The notes under the pieces were generated by a model. That model was not told the DNA's origin. It made no database searches and saw nothing but the letters and a program-made list of their open reading frames with translations. Positions 1 through 12,956 of a stretch of DNA of 64,000 bases are shown here, one piece after another. The position numbers and the translations under genes are program-made. Numbering within the stretch: the first letter of the stretch is position 1; each line of letters begins with the position of its first letter. This DNA comes from Adineta vaga (lineage: Eukaryota > Animalia > Rotifera), in the NCBI GenBank assembly GCA_021613535.1, contig CP075493.1, positions 1,860,001 through 1,924,000 of the forward strand. The letters run 5' to 3'.

Positions 1-722
1 TAATAGGCAATGAATGGTGTAAAAAACAAATAAAGAAATTATTATGCATCATGACTTCGTTAAAAAAAGAGAATTTGATAATATTTCCGATTGCTGATGA
101 ATAGAGTCTTGGCGTTACGATGTAGGTTTGAGTGAGTGAGTGTTTTCAGATAAAGTTTTAGATTGGAATAATTTGTGAATTCGATTTAGAAAAGAAAACG
201 ATAGTTATCTCTCTTGTCTCTCAGCTCTAATTTATGAAACAGCAATAGTTAAAGATAAATCAACACATTGTACAAGCAAAGATCAGCATGGCATTGAATT
301 TATTTCATACAAAACAATAATGTTGAATTCATTAGCGAGAATATAATAAAAGTTCTGTTTTTTTTTATAGGACTTATTCCAATACGACTCAAAACGGGTG
401 AGACGAAAATATTGTACAATAATATTTAAATTGATTTCAAACTAGATTAATATTTGTTTTGAATTTCTTACTGATTATAGAATTAACAAATGCACCAACA
501 TATTTTTCTTACATTTAAATTTCATCTTGCATTAGATTTTACTTCTAAAACTTAAGTCTTGTATGATTGAAATCGATCTTATTCTTATTAATGGACGAAA
601 ATATGTTCTATTGAAAATAAAATATACCTTGATTCTTAACAAACAGGTCGATGCTGCGAAACTTGGTATATTTCTATTGATTTCACACGATTGCTTTTAT
701 TCAAGTCAAAATAGAATTTCAT

Positions 723-2861
723 TTATAGCAAAGGAAAATAAAAATAAAATCTTTCGGTATGTACCCATGTGCCTATCATAATTAATCGTTTTACTTTCGC
801 ACAATGTCGTCGTGTTTCTTCTTTTGTAAAGTTGTTCGTTACCCTTTCTAAAGCACTATAGTAAATTGTTAATTCAGCCAAATGTGGTACATATGTTTTT
901 GTTTCATTTAAAAATTGTTCTGCATAATCGTTACTTGCAGTTCTCACATCAAGTGAAGTAAGAAAAGGATATTCAGCAATTGAATATGACTGACCCCTGT
1001 CAGATAAGTCTGTAGTAAGTTTAAACGTCGACTGTGGATGAACATTCATAATACGTAAATTAATCAATAATGGAAAAGATCGAGCAATTCGAACAAAGAA
1101 TTCGTGGTTGAATGGAATCTTGTACTAATAAATATGTAACATAATTAAATATGGTGTCAGAAAATATATTGCCGATATCTTCAAGATGATCGAATGCAAA
1201 AGGAAGAGAGAAGATATGATGTACAACATTGTGATTATTAGTGTAATGTACGATAATAGCTACTGATTGTTGCTGGACGTTTGTGACAATCTTCTCATTA
1301 TCTTGTTCGGATAGATCATGCAATAAATCAACAGCATTGTGATGAGTAGAAATATAAAAAGTGAATGAATGACGCGGTGGCATATGAATAATAATTTCAT
1401 TTTCAAGATGAGTATTATGGATGAATCTTGCTCGATCTTTGATACGAACATATAAAGTTAATTTTTCCAAAAATGGCATACGATGAAGAAGAGATAGAAT
1501 TTTATTATCATATTGGTTGGTTTCAAGATAACATTTTAATGAGAAGTTTTTTAAATTAGGTAGATCATCCTAAATAACAGATATTTATCAACATGTATAA
1601 TTAAGTTAGTCAAAACAAAATGAATGACGCATACAATGAATTCACGAAAAATACTCATGTAAAAATAGTGTTTCATTTTCCAAGTAAACAATATCCATTA
1701 ATACTGTCTATGGAAACTCGGTAGATTTCGCTTTTCAACTATTGAGAACAAACTTGAATTATATAGTTTTTTTACACTAAAGTTATGCAAAATTTGTCGT
1801 ATGATCAATCTTCTTTGTTTAGTACTTACTGTATTGTGAATAATTGGGAAAGATTCACGTATGAAACTTATTCTAATAATAAGTGTAGATAATTGTTTCA
1901 GTCGGCCATCAAGTAAATAGAGACAATCATCAAATGTATATAGATCGATACATAAATGAGTGAGAGTTGAAGAGAAGAAAGTAGTTGGTGATAACTTATG
2001 AAGTGATAAACGTGGATATGATGGATTGAATGTATCAATAATAGTCAATGATTTTAACTTTTTGAAAAACTTTAAGAAACGTTCATAAACATTTGTAGTA
2101 TAGTTCGTTGATGATCCTGTCATGCCATTTCTGTCCGTAATATCAAGACTGAACTCCGTGATTTGTTGTTGAAAAATAGATGGAAGAGATGATTCATCTA
2201 AATAAAATATAATTTTACACATTCTACCGTTCAATAACTTTTGGATGAGAAACTTCATTTTGGAACTGAGAACCAGTGACAATGTTTATTAAACCTTTTT
2301 CTTGAAGAAACGAGTAAACGTTCTTAGCCGAACTACAATAGCCAAAAAATGAATTCTGTTCATCCATGCAGTATCATTGTTTGTTCTACCAGAATCATAG
2401 TTCTACTGTCAAAAATAAAGTGTTACACATTTATACTACTCATCCTCAAAGATTAACTATTTAATATCATTCTTCTCCTATTTCGCTTATTTGTAAAATA
2501 CTTTGACACAATGTTTTGTTCAAAACGGAAGTTTCAATTGAGTTAGGTTTCGATATTCAGCAGCAAAAAGAATACGTTCCATTAAGACTGGTTCAAATAA
2601 AACACATTTCACCTTATAATAAATTCTTGGCAATATATTAATGCAAAATTGATCAATTTTGCGCTGACTAATCGAAGAACTATTATCAATGGATACAAAG
2701 TCGGGAGTGTTACTAAAAGTTTTTTCTTGTGCGAGACTATTCAGTCGTTGATTACCAGTTTTAAATAACGAATAAAGAACATCAATATTGTTTAATTCTC
2801 TTAGAATTTTAAGTAATAACTCATCGGGAAGATCCAATAAATGAGCATCATATTCCTCCAT
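723..2861 (-). pseudogene. F-box + degenerate LRR gene, frameshifted pseudogene
   Basis: N-terminus 'LLDLPDELLLKILRELNNIDVLYSL' is F-box-like; downstream ORF pieces (1698-2282, 1060-1479, 723-1067) carry LRR-like 'LTHLCIDLYTFDDCLYLLDGRLKQLSTLII'. Frameshift near 2525 (other frame continues FEQNIVSKYFT, followed by ATAAGC instead of a GT donor) and near 1115 (other frame continues PFNHEFFVRIARSFPLL). Confidence 0.75.
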
Positions 2862-3010
2862 GTTATCTTCTGACTGTAGTGCGTCTCTTAAAGATAAATA
2901 TATATATAGTTATTGATTGTTCATAATCGCTTTCGTCATGCTTGAATAAACTAGATGAACTTTTATTGAAAAAATCGAAACTGTGTATCGTCCAAGTAGA
3001 TCATACGGGT

Positions 3011-3115
3011 CAGACAGACACAGAAGATAAAACAGAATTAACGAATAGAAACGTTAGAATCGTTCAATTTCAGCGATTCCATTCGTTAGTTCTATTTTAT
3101 CTTTTCTGTCTGTTT
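3011..3115. repeat. ~105-bp imperfect foldback (about 48-bp arms), mini-MITE or hairpin
   Basis: Left arm CAGACAGACACAGAAGATAAAACAGAATTAACGAATAGAAACGTTAGAAT resembles reverse complement of right arm AACAGACAGAAAAGATAAAATAGAACTAACGAATGGAATCGCTGAAAT. Confidence 0.65.
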
Positions 3116-3953
3116 TCGGCCATAGACATAAAACTTGTGGGTGTGATTTGTTCTTACTTAAATCTTCTCGTAGAAGTTTTATATTATTTCCAATATTAGT
3201 TTCTTCTTCGACTATTTTGTCAATTAATGCTGTTCGAATATTTATATAGCATATATAAAGAGAAGAAATTCGCTGGTGAAGAATAAGTCGAGAAAACTAA
3301 GTTATATATATTTCACAAAATTTATTTTCAATCAATGACTAAAACAAAAAAATTCTACTCAACTAATATTTTCATTCGATTTAATTCATATTCAATTAAT
3401 TGATGTTTGATCATGAGTAAATTTTTTCATAAATTCATCTTTAATTTGTTCAAGTTCATTTTCAAACCGTTGTACAATACTTCTAATGGATTTAATATCA
3501 GTTTCATCAGATAAATCCGTTGTTATAAGATTTTGTTTCGATAATTAAGCAATAGAAGGAGTATGATCAACAGCAATTAGTGGAGGTGATATTCAATCAC
3601 ATTTACTAATTATATAGATTATAATAATAAAAACAAAAAATAGAAAGAAAGTTGATACTTACTCTGAAGAAGAATTCATTGGAAAATTTTCCAATAAATA
3701 ATCATTGGTATAATTCTTCTGTTGGTTTAATGTTGACAGAAGATGATCCGATACTTAACAAAAGATTTATTCCATTTAAACATATTTTAGATATTTCAAG
3801 AAATTTTTCAACAATCTTCTCATTATCAAATTGAATAATTGCACATTTGTTATCATTTGGAAGTCTATGACAAGCAATAACATTGCATGTTTATCAAAAT
3901 ATTCTTTTCTTCTAGATTCAATAAAACGAAAATCACAAAATAATCGTTTTTCA

Positions 3954-5258
3954 TCAGAACAATTTACAATTGAATATGAATAAGAATAAAAATAGAAGAA
4001 TAGAAGAATTAATTTGAGATGAAATTGAATGTATTTGTTGTATAGTTGATATCTGACAATAATTGCGACATTTTTCTTCAATGATTGACCACTGATGTCG
4101 ACATTGTTGATAAATTCCAGTTATATTATTTATTTCATATCCTTTCCATTCTTTTGGTGTTTTACATCGTGCAAATGCTGATAAATCAATAGGAAATCGA
4201 TGAAAATCACCGCGTTCATAAGCTTTTTCTAAATGTCGACGAAGTTCTATTCGTGTTATCCAATCATTTAAATAATTTTGTTGATTAAAATCATTCTTAT
4301 TACCTAGTAAAAGTCGATAGATATCTCCATATTTTAAATAAAATAAATCACATGTACAATCAAGTGGATTATTCATTAAGTAAAGTTGACGTAATGATGA
4401 AATATGATAATATGTACAAATATCTAACGAATGAATATTTGAACTAACAAGATCAATTTCAACTAAAGATTTAACACCACAAAATGTTTGTTTTAATGGT
4501 AAAGAAGTATTTTCATTTCGAAAATAATTTCCTCGTAATTTTATTGATTTTAATTGTTGATTGAAAAGAAATAAAAATGACGGAAGATTTTCTAATTGAG
4601 TATTTTCAAGATCAAGATATTGAAGATTTTTCAATGGTTTTAATAGATTATTTGTTAATGAACGTTGTCCTAATGGATTATTATTCAATAGAAGAATTTT
4701 TAAGTTTTTTAATATTAAAAATGCATTAGAATCAATGATTGAAATTTGATTATCGGACAAATCAAGTGTTGTGATTTGATGACAATAAGTAAATATTCCA
4801 TAGGAAAGATAAGTTATGCGATTTTGACGCAAAATTAATGTATTTAAATGTTTTAATCCAAGAAAATCTTGAATAAAAAGTTCATGAAGATGATTTTGAC
4901 TTAGATCGAGTGTATGTAATTGTTTAAGACTACGTAAAAAAGAATTTTCACTTAGAGATTCAAATTGATTATTTTGTAAATTGAGATTGAAGAGAGTTTT
5001 ACTAAAAGATTTGAAGAGATTTCGTGGAAGAGATGAAAGATGATTGGAAGAAAGAATAATCGTATGAACTGATAATGGATAATTTACAAATGTATCTGAT
5101 TCAATTGTTTTTATACCAAGATCATGAAGATCAATAGAAAGAAATGATTGATTTCCAGAATATAATCGATCAAATATTGTGGAATTAAAATGATGAAATG
5201 ATTGTGTATTGGATGAAACTAAAACGTAATAGAAGAACGAAAAAAAATTCATTGACAT
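3954..5258 (-). CDS. Secreted / probably GPI-anchored leucine-rich-repeat protein with LRRCT cap
   Basis: 434-aa ORF: hydrophobic N-terminus, ~10 typical 24-aa LRRs (LHTLDLSQNHL, LNTLILRQNRI, ITTLDLSDNQI), NPLDCTCDL...CKTPKEWKG LRRCT, hydrophobic C-terminal tail. Confidence 0.88.
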   Translation of the reverse strand: MSMNFFSFFYYVLVSSNTQSFHHFNSTIFDRLYSGNQSFLSIDLHDLGIKTIESDTFVNYPLSVHTIILSSNHLSSLPRNLFKSFSKTLFNLNLQNNQFESLSENSFLRSLKQLHTLDLSQNHLHELFIQDFLGLKHLNTLILRQNRITYLSYGIFTYCHQITTLDLSDNQISIIDSNAFLILKNLKILLLNNNPLGQRSLTNNLLKPLKNLQYLDLENTQLENLPSFLFLFNQQLKSIKLRGNYFRNENTSLPLKQTFCGVKSLVEIDLVSSNIHSLDICTYYHISSLRQLYLMNNPLDCTCDLFYLKYGDIYRLLLGNKNDFNQQNYLNDWITRIELRRHLEKAYERGDFHRFPIDLSAFARCKTPKEWKGYEINNITGIYQQCRHQWSIIEEKCRNYCQISTIQQIHSISSQINSSILLFLFLFIFNCKLF

Positions 5259-6336
5259 TTCTAGTCAAAGTTCGATACATTATCAAAGCAAATAACCACA
5301 TCTTATCTCTATACTAATAAAATTTGTTCAGTTTATCTGAATGATCAACGAGAATAATCATCATACTGTATTGTTTTTCTCTATTTTTTAGAAGAATTAC
5401 AGCGTGAACTAGACAAATGATTGAGAAGTGTTGAAAGTTTGATTGATTAATGATCACTCAACATATCTGATAGGATAAGAAACAAATACTTCGTCAATTT
5501 AGCTTTGAATGATATGATATATTCACAGTACTAACCTGGATTAGATATCATTTGGTTTTCATCATCATAATCAAATGTAAAGATTGTGTAAATAAATAAT
5601 AGAAACAAATAAAGAATAATGACATAGTTCATCTTTTGTTTGTGAAATACAATCAGATTAAAAAGAATTTTGGATTGATCAACGATGAGTGGACATGAAA
5701 TATTTTCATACAACTAAAGAAAACTATTGCGAAATAACCGTATAAATGAAGTTAGAAAAAGGGTATTATACTCTCACCTGTTACACTCGGAAGTACTTAC
5801 AAGATGATAGAGGAGAGAAGAAATGGGATAACATTATTTCTGTACACTCTTTTGTATAGTTTAGAAGATGATAAGAATGAAAGAAATACTAAGATAGCAG
5901 AAAATGAGAGAGAGAGTGTGAGAAGAGCTGAATACATTAAGTTGTACTAATTTCTTCCCTTTCTCCTATCTCAATTCGATAAATCATAACTATTGCTAGA
6001 GAAATGACTCGTATATAGTTATCATTTGTTTCACACTGACCAATGTCAATCAAACTATGGCAAGATGTCAGCGAAGAAAGTTCATCATAGTACTTTGACA
6101 GACATAGGACATCTCGATTTTAACGATATCTCAATTCAATTTTCGAGTTTGATACTACTTTTATAATCAAGGAGTAATTTGTATATGTACATATTTCTTC
6201 CGCCTCATTCATCATCTTGTTATTGACAATAATCTCACTTTCTATCATCAATTCCAAGCAATTGAAAGTTTTAATAGACTGCTTGAAATTTATTTTCTTT
6301 TTGTATGACAAAACAAATCACACACACACACTGTTA

Positions 6337-8455
6337 TCAAACAAAATGATTAAGTTTGGATGCACTTAAATCAACAAGACGCCAAGCAGCTAAAGGATCA
6401 AGTATAGTTGGATCACGACCAAGTGCAAAAATATAATTAACTCGATTGATTTGTTCCTAAATATAGAAAGAAACAAATATAATCATATCTTTTCATAAGA
6501 AATTTATTCAATTATTTACTGGATTGCCTTCTATTACTTTCCCATTAGCATCAGCTATATAAGCAATTTGTTGAGCTTGAAAATTAACTACTAAAACCGG
6601 GCCCATTTCCATAATTTTCGCAGCAACAAGCTGAAAACAAAATTCATTCTTATCAAAACTTTCAATGAAACATTATCATACTTCAACATCACCGACATCA
6701 ATAACTTTCAAATGATATTTATAATTTAATGCTTTCGATGTAGTAATTGGATGAATTAATACATTGTATACCTTTATTAAATACATATTTTCCATACGAA
6801 AGAAAGTTAAACACAACTTACAGCTTCCGTACACCAATCTCTTAAGATTTCTAATTCACCACGTGCTAACGACTAAAATGAAATTATTAAAGAAAGAACG
6901 TTTAAAAACTATAATTTCTATTACTTCAAATATATTTGGAATAATATCATATTGAACAACACGAAGAAATTGTGCAACATCAAATGTTGGATCAACACGA
7001 CAAATTTCTGTTAAAGCTTCACTGGTTTCTGATTGACTAAATATCGATGCTTAAAAACAAACAAACAACTTGAAAATAACTCTTTCCTATATCATATACA
7101 TACATAAAGCTCCAGATACTTTATCAGTAAATGTTCTTGCAACACGAACAACTAAATTATCACTTTCATCATATTTTGATTTCAGATCAAATAATTCTAT
7201 ATAAAACACAAAGACTAATGACATAAACGACCAAAAGTATGACATACTGTTTAAATACGTATTATTTTCTTTAAAATTTTGCCAATTTTGATACCATTCA
7301 GAATCTTTATGTACCGCTATAGTTTGTGTTTCTCTAAAAATATATGATCAATACTAATTTCCTATTCAAATCTGTTGTTCACTTACGTATCGGCATGAAA
7401 GACTTTATCTTTCTTAATTGAATCTGTATCACTTCGTTTTCGTAGAACAGCCGGTGGTCGATAACCTAATTGTCTCGATAATTTTGTTGCATCACCAACT
7501 TCTTCTTTAATTGTACTTAGACGCTGAAAACACCAACAATGAAAACTGTCGTTTGAACGCAATGAAAAGTTCTTACTTCCGAAACTTTCTTATAAGCAGC
7601 GGTATCAGCGAGATGTTCAGTTGTTTCTGAAATCTTTCCTGCTGCTTTCTGTGCTTGTTTACCTAATTCGTAACCAATATCGGACGCTTTTTTCATTACA
7701 TCACTCTATGAAAATAGAAATTTTACAATTGATTCGATTACATTAGCCTTCTTTTTACTTCTTTAACTTTTTCACCGATTTCGCCAAGTTTTTCACGTAG
7801 TACAGTTGAACTTTTCATTGTTTCACGTTCTAAGACTTTCTAGAGTTGAATAAATAATAATCGTTCGTTAGAAAAAAAGTGCTTTCAATTTACATATTTA
7901 TCTCGAGCTTCTTTTAACGCATCACTATCTTCGAGTTTCTTTGCTTGATCACGAAATTTCTTAATATTATCCTGAGAAAAAGAAGCAATAATATAAATTT
8001 ATTCCATATTTTTGTTACTTTAATATCTTTATTCTTATTTAATTCGTCTTTGATATTATCCACCAATGAACCGAAAAATCCTTTTGGTTGCGATGCATTG
8101 CTTCGTTTCTAAGAAAAATCGAATAAACAAAACTCAACAAATGAACAATTTACTTGAATGAAAAGTGGATCATGATAGATGAAAGTGTTCGATTGTATTA
8201 TTCGATTTTGACGTAGAGATGAAGTATGTATTTGTTGATGTAAATGATTCGAATTACTCATGGATGGAAGACGAATTTGTTGCATTGAATATGATCGAGA
8301 AACAGGTGATGCTGATCGTACATTGACTGTAGATGTTTTCGACGATAATGTCTAAAAAAATATAGATTAAGAAGATTATGTTTTCTTTTTAAAAAAATTC
8401 AATTTACTATTAGATTCGGTACGCATTTCGACGCGGTTGTAAGTACTTTAGCCAT
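6337..8455 (-). CDS. TIMM44: Mitochondrial import inner membrane translocase subunit TIM44 (multi-exon)
   Basis: Spliced manual translation: presequence MAKVLTTASKC..., 'KGFFGSLVDNIKDELNKNKDIK', 'SEALTEICRVDPTFDVAQFLR', 'AKIMEMGPVLVVNFQAQQI', C-terminal 'LGRDPTILDPLAAWRLVDLS'. Confidence 0.93.
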
Positions 8456-10005
8456 GTATAAATTTGCCTAATAGAAGATATTATGATGGAGAAAGATATA
8501 GAATGCCAAATTTTACCGATTTCATCAGATTTTATTTCATGATGATTCATCTTATTCGTTGATTGGATCAAAGTTAGTTTCACTACAGAAAAACGAAAAA
8601 TATCGAGATTGATTTATTTATGATCATTTATGACATCTTTTTATGTAGAATTCTTTGGAAAATATATTTATTAAATGTATGATTATATAACATAATGATG
8701 AAAATGTTATCTAATTGAGAAAAACTAGATTCACATTCAACAGATCAATTGTCGACACTATCAATGTTAAAATTTTTCTTCGAAAAGAAAGCGTGACTTT
8801 TCAAAAGACTAATTTTATTCAAAACTATCTTTGTATTATTTTTATAATGCAGAATCGTGAGAAACGATGCCCTGAAATTTCGTTGTTTCGTTGCCAAAGT
8901 CAACTTTGTTCTGATTCACCTTCATCTAGTCACGATCGTTCGTATTGATGAATATTCCGTCTACCTAACTACCTTTCTTACGTTTCAATTACAAAATTGG
9001 TTTGACTACTCTTTTTTCAGTGCAAAAAGAAAACAGACGAATACGTTATCTATTTACTATATTCAATCTCTTTTAGACAAAATTAAAGCATACATATAAA
9101 CTGTCTGTCCTTGACATAGGTAAAATTGATGAAAATATGTAGATTCATTTATTTATCCGTCGTAAATGAATGTAAAAAAGGGAAGTTCTTTGCATCATTC
9201 AGTACTTATCAGCTCTGATAAAAAACAATAATTAAATCCATCTTCGATATTCAAATCATTGGTATATCGAAAATTTCAATGAGTAATTTGTTATATCATT
9301 TTAATGAACTAATAGTTGCATTTTTTTTAAATCAGACTATTTTTAATCATATGAAAAATGATCAAGTTCAGATACATTTCATTCTATTGGTGTTTTTATG
9401 CTGTATCATCAAATAACAACAAATTTTTCAATGATAAATATATGTATTCATCTGATTATTATCAATAAAAACGAGGAAGAATAATATTCTCGATTATACA
9501 CTCGAGTATCGTCTACCGATGCTTGTTGTTTCTCTCTTTCTCCAACAATTGATAATTTCGTCTTATATGCATGGTTAGTTCTCTCTTATTCATGTGTCCG
9601 AATTTATTAACATATGCAATAAAAAAAAGCATCGGTAAAAAACTAAGGTGAGCAAGATAAAAATCATTATTAGTATAGATCAACATGTGGGTAGTGCTTT
9701 TTATTCAAATTTTTTAGACATTAATCAAGGTGATTAATATAATAAAAAAACAAGATGACCTAGTTTACGATAAGTTTTGCTACAGTAGAAGGGGTTTTTG
9801 AAATAAGTACATTCTTTTTCTTCATTTTTGATCATTCTTCAAGAGTATAATAGTTACATTAGGTAAGATATTCAAGAATGACTAAGAAAAGTTAGCATTA
9901 TAGTTTCCTGCTTATTCTAATCTATCAGTTTAATATGCTAGTTCTTTTCTCTCGGCAATAAATACATGGACTGCGTCCATTTTAGATTGATTGCAAACAA
10001 TACTC

Positions 10006-12279
10006 ATGAGTATACCGACCATATCTGCGAATGAAAATGATATGAAGAACTTTCTTCCTTTCATTTTCAAATATGAATCAATATTAAATCAATATGGTGC
10101 GTTGAAAATACTTCCGCCTTCATATATGAAAAATCTTCTTAAAAAACACCAATTAAAATACCATTCAGTTCAACAATACAAAAGATTTCGAAAATAAATG
10201 ATGATAATTCTCTCTATTGTATCGATTCAATCAGTTCTACTGAGAATACAAACAGAAGCAGATTACATTCAATGAATGAAACAAGATTTTGGCTAAATCT
10301 ATCAACTGATATAGAAAAACAAGATATTCCAAATGTTTCCATCATTCCTAATCAAAGTATTTTTGTAAAACGTGTTCATAAACATGATTTTGATTTTCAT
10401 CAATTACCCGCACGATCCATTTTGAAATTATGTGAAGGAAAAATTCATCGTCATTTTACTTCAACATTAGTTCATTCCGATGGACCTGGTGGAATATTTC
10501 CTTTAGCATCTTCTCTTCATCGTCTTTTTACATTTAATTATCATCATGAAGGTGCAATTCGATATTGGTATATTCTACCATCAAAAGAACGAGAAAGACT
10601 AAAAACTATTTTGAATCAACAAAAAACTTCGACTTGTTTTCAACATGAGAATATATTGATTAATCCAGATTTATTAGATAAATATCAAATTTCTTATCAA
10701 CGAGTTGTTCAAAATCCTCATGAAATTCTTATTTTATCAGCTGGATCACTTCATCAAAGTTTTACAGAAGATTACATGTGCAGTGAATCGATTGATTTTG
10801 CTCTACCAAGTTGGATTCAAGATAGGCATGCCTTTTCACATGAAATATGTTCATGTAATCTACCGAGAAATTCATCAATAAATTTGAATATAATGAACAA
10901 TTTCAATCATAAACTTTTACAAAGATATATCGATGATTATCTAAATCAAGATGATTTAAACAATAAAAGTAAGTTATATATTAAATCTTTATATAAAAAT
11001 ATATGATTTTTTTAATATATTAGATGATGAAATGATGACAACAAATCAAATATGTGATATAAATCGATTGCATTCTATACCTTCGAATTCTTCAACGAAT
11101 GACATCGTTTCATCGACTACTAATGTATATGACCAATCAATCCATGAGTAAGATTCATTTTTCTCATTGAATTATTCGTATTTTTCGAAATTGTTTTAGT
11201 GCAATTTTGTTTGCAGAGCAGTTCGCTGAATCGTACAATAGGATAATGCATCAGACATGATTCAAAAATCGACCGGATTCAATGATGATTTTTCTGATGT
11301 ATTAGCAACGGAAAATTTTCATTCGCGTATGAGAACCGATATGATCAATTGTGACATATTTCTTCGTTCTTTAACGATATTCTAGATGAAGTTGATACTT
11401 TTCCGACTAGTACGTCATCAATAGAATTTCAAGAAGAAGAGGAAGGAAATATACAATCTTATGATAATAGTAATTGTCAAACAACAATAGAAGTAAGTTT
11501 CAAATCGTTTCTTGCACATAAAATTCTTCGATTTTATTTTAAAGGATAATGCTTTTTGTGTTTGTCCACCTTCACAAACAAGAAATTTCGAATATAAAAG
11601 TTCACAGACGACATCGAAAATTTTGTATGTGTCTAATTTGAAAGATGAAGTTAAGAAAATTGATCTTCAACGTCATTTTATCGGTACATTTAAAATTATA
11701 ATAAAACGAAGTGGTCGATCTCCATATCTTAAGTATGATAATTATTTATATAATCATTCTCTATCAATGAAATTTTGATCTTGTAGTTATGCATTTGTTT
11801 ATCATCGAAAACTATGGCAAGCGGAATACAATTTAAAACGTCGATTAGATCCTTATGTCTTTGGTTCGAATTGTCATGTGACATATTCTAAAAGTCATTC
11901 TGATCGTATGAATGAAAATGAACGAATATGGAACATTACCGTGCGAAATATACCTGAAAATGTCACCAAAGAATGCTTACAAAACCTATTCATTGGTTGT
12001 CAATCAATATACTATAATCCAGCACGTCTAGTTTATGATAAAAAAACATCAAAAATATTAAAAGGGTAAGATTTCTTAATCATATCGAATACATTGTTAA
12101 GATAAAGATCTTTTTGAGAATAATAAATGATTGATTCATTGATTGTTTTTTTTTTATATAGGTATGCATTTTTATATTTTCCCAATCCGGAAGATGCTAC
12201 GAATGTGATAAGAAATAGTGAGAAATTTCAAATAAACCATCAATCAATAACCGTTTCTTCGTATCATACAAAGATATAA
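10006..12279 (+). CDS. JmjN/JmjC (KDM4-like, degenerate) protein apparently fused to two RRM domains; apparent frameshift near 10143
   Basis: JmjN-like 'IPTISANENDMKNFLPFI...YGALKILPP'; JmjC 'FNYHHEGAIRYWYILP...QRVVQNPHEILILSAGSLHQSF...SESIDFALPSW'; RRM RNP2/RNP1 'LYVSNL...YAFV' and 'ITVRNIP...KGYAFLYF'. Middle exon structure is uncertain. Confidence 0.7.
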
Positions 12280-12956
12280 GAAGATACGTTTATTATTTTC
12301 AAAAATATTTCTGTGTGTTAATTTCAATGATAAACTGTATTTTTTATATTTTTCTAATAAATAACGCTTGTTAACGGTAACTCACTTGACTTTCGACTAT
12401 GAAGGATTAACCAGACGGAATCTAGTGATTATTCTCGCTGAAAACGTTTTTGTTTTCTAAATGAATCTTCTATAATTTATGGAGTACTTCTTACATATCA
12501 CATTCATATTTCGACACTATTATAGTCATTATTACTTTAATAATTAATTATAAAACTGCCCATATCAGGAGTGGCTTCAATTTATTCTCTCATATTCATT
12601 AAACATTTGAAAACAAACAAAATATCTGTAATTAACCCCATAACATGCAAAAGTAGGTGGGGATCAGTGACGACTCAATTCTTAGCAGTAACCACACCCA
12701 CACTCTTCAGTCGAGGAAATAAAATGAAATGAAACTAGATGAAATTTCTTGCATATACTTCTTTGAACTAATTGATTCTTCGATGAAAATGAAAAGCAGA
12801 ATTTACCACCGAATAATCGATTTATGAAACAATATGACTATTTATATATTTTATATCATACAATATTCTCATCAAATGGAAAAAAAACGAAAGGATACAA
12901 TCCTCTGTTAGAAACAAAAAAAAACAACATATGACTTATATTCTTCAAGATTGAGA

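Noticed and set aside
10135-10150. Programmed -1 ribosomal frameshift in the JmjC gene
   Set aside because: No in-frame X XXY YYZ heptamer or obvious downstream structure; mutation or homopolymer error is simpler.
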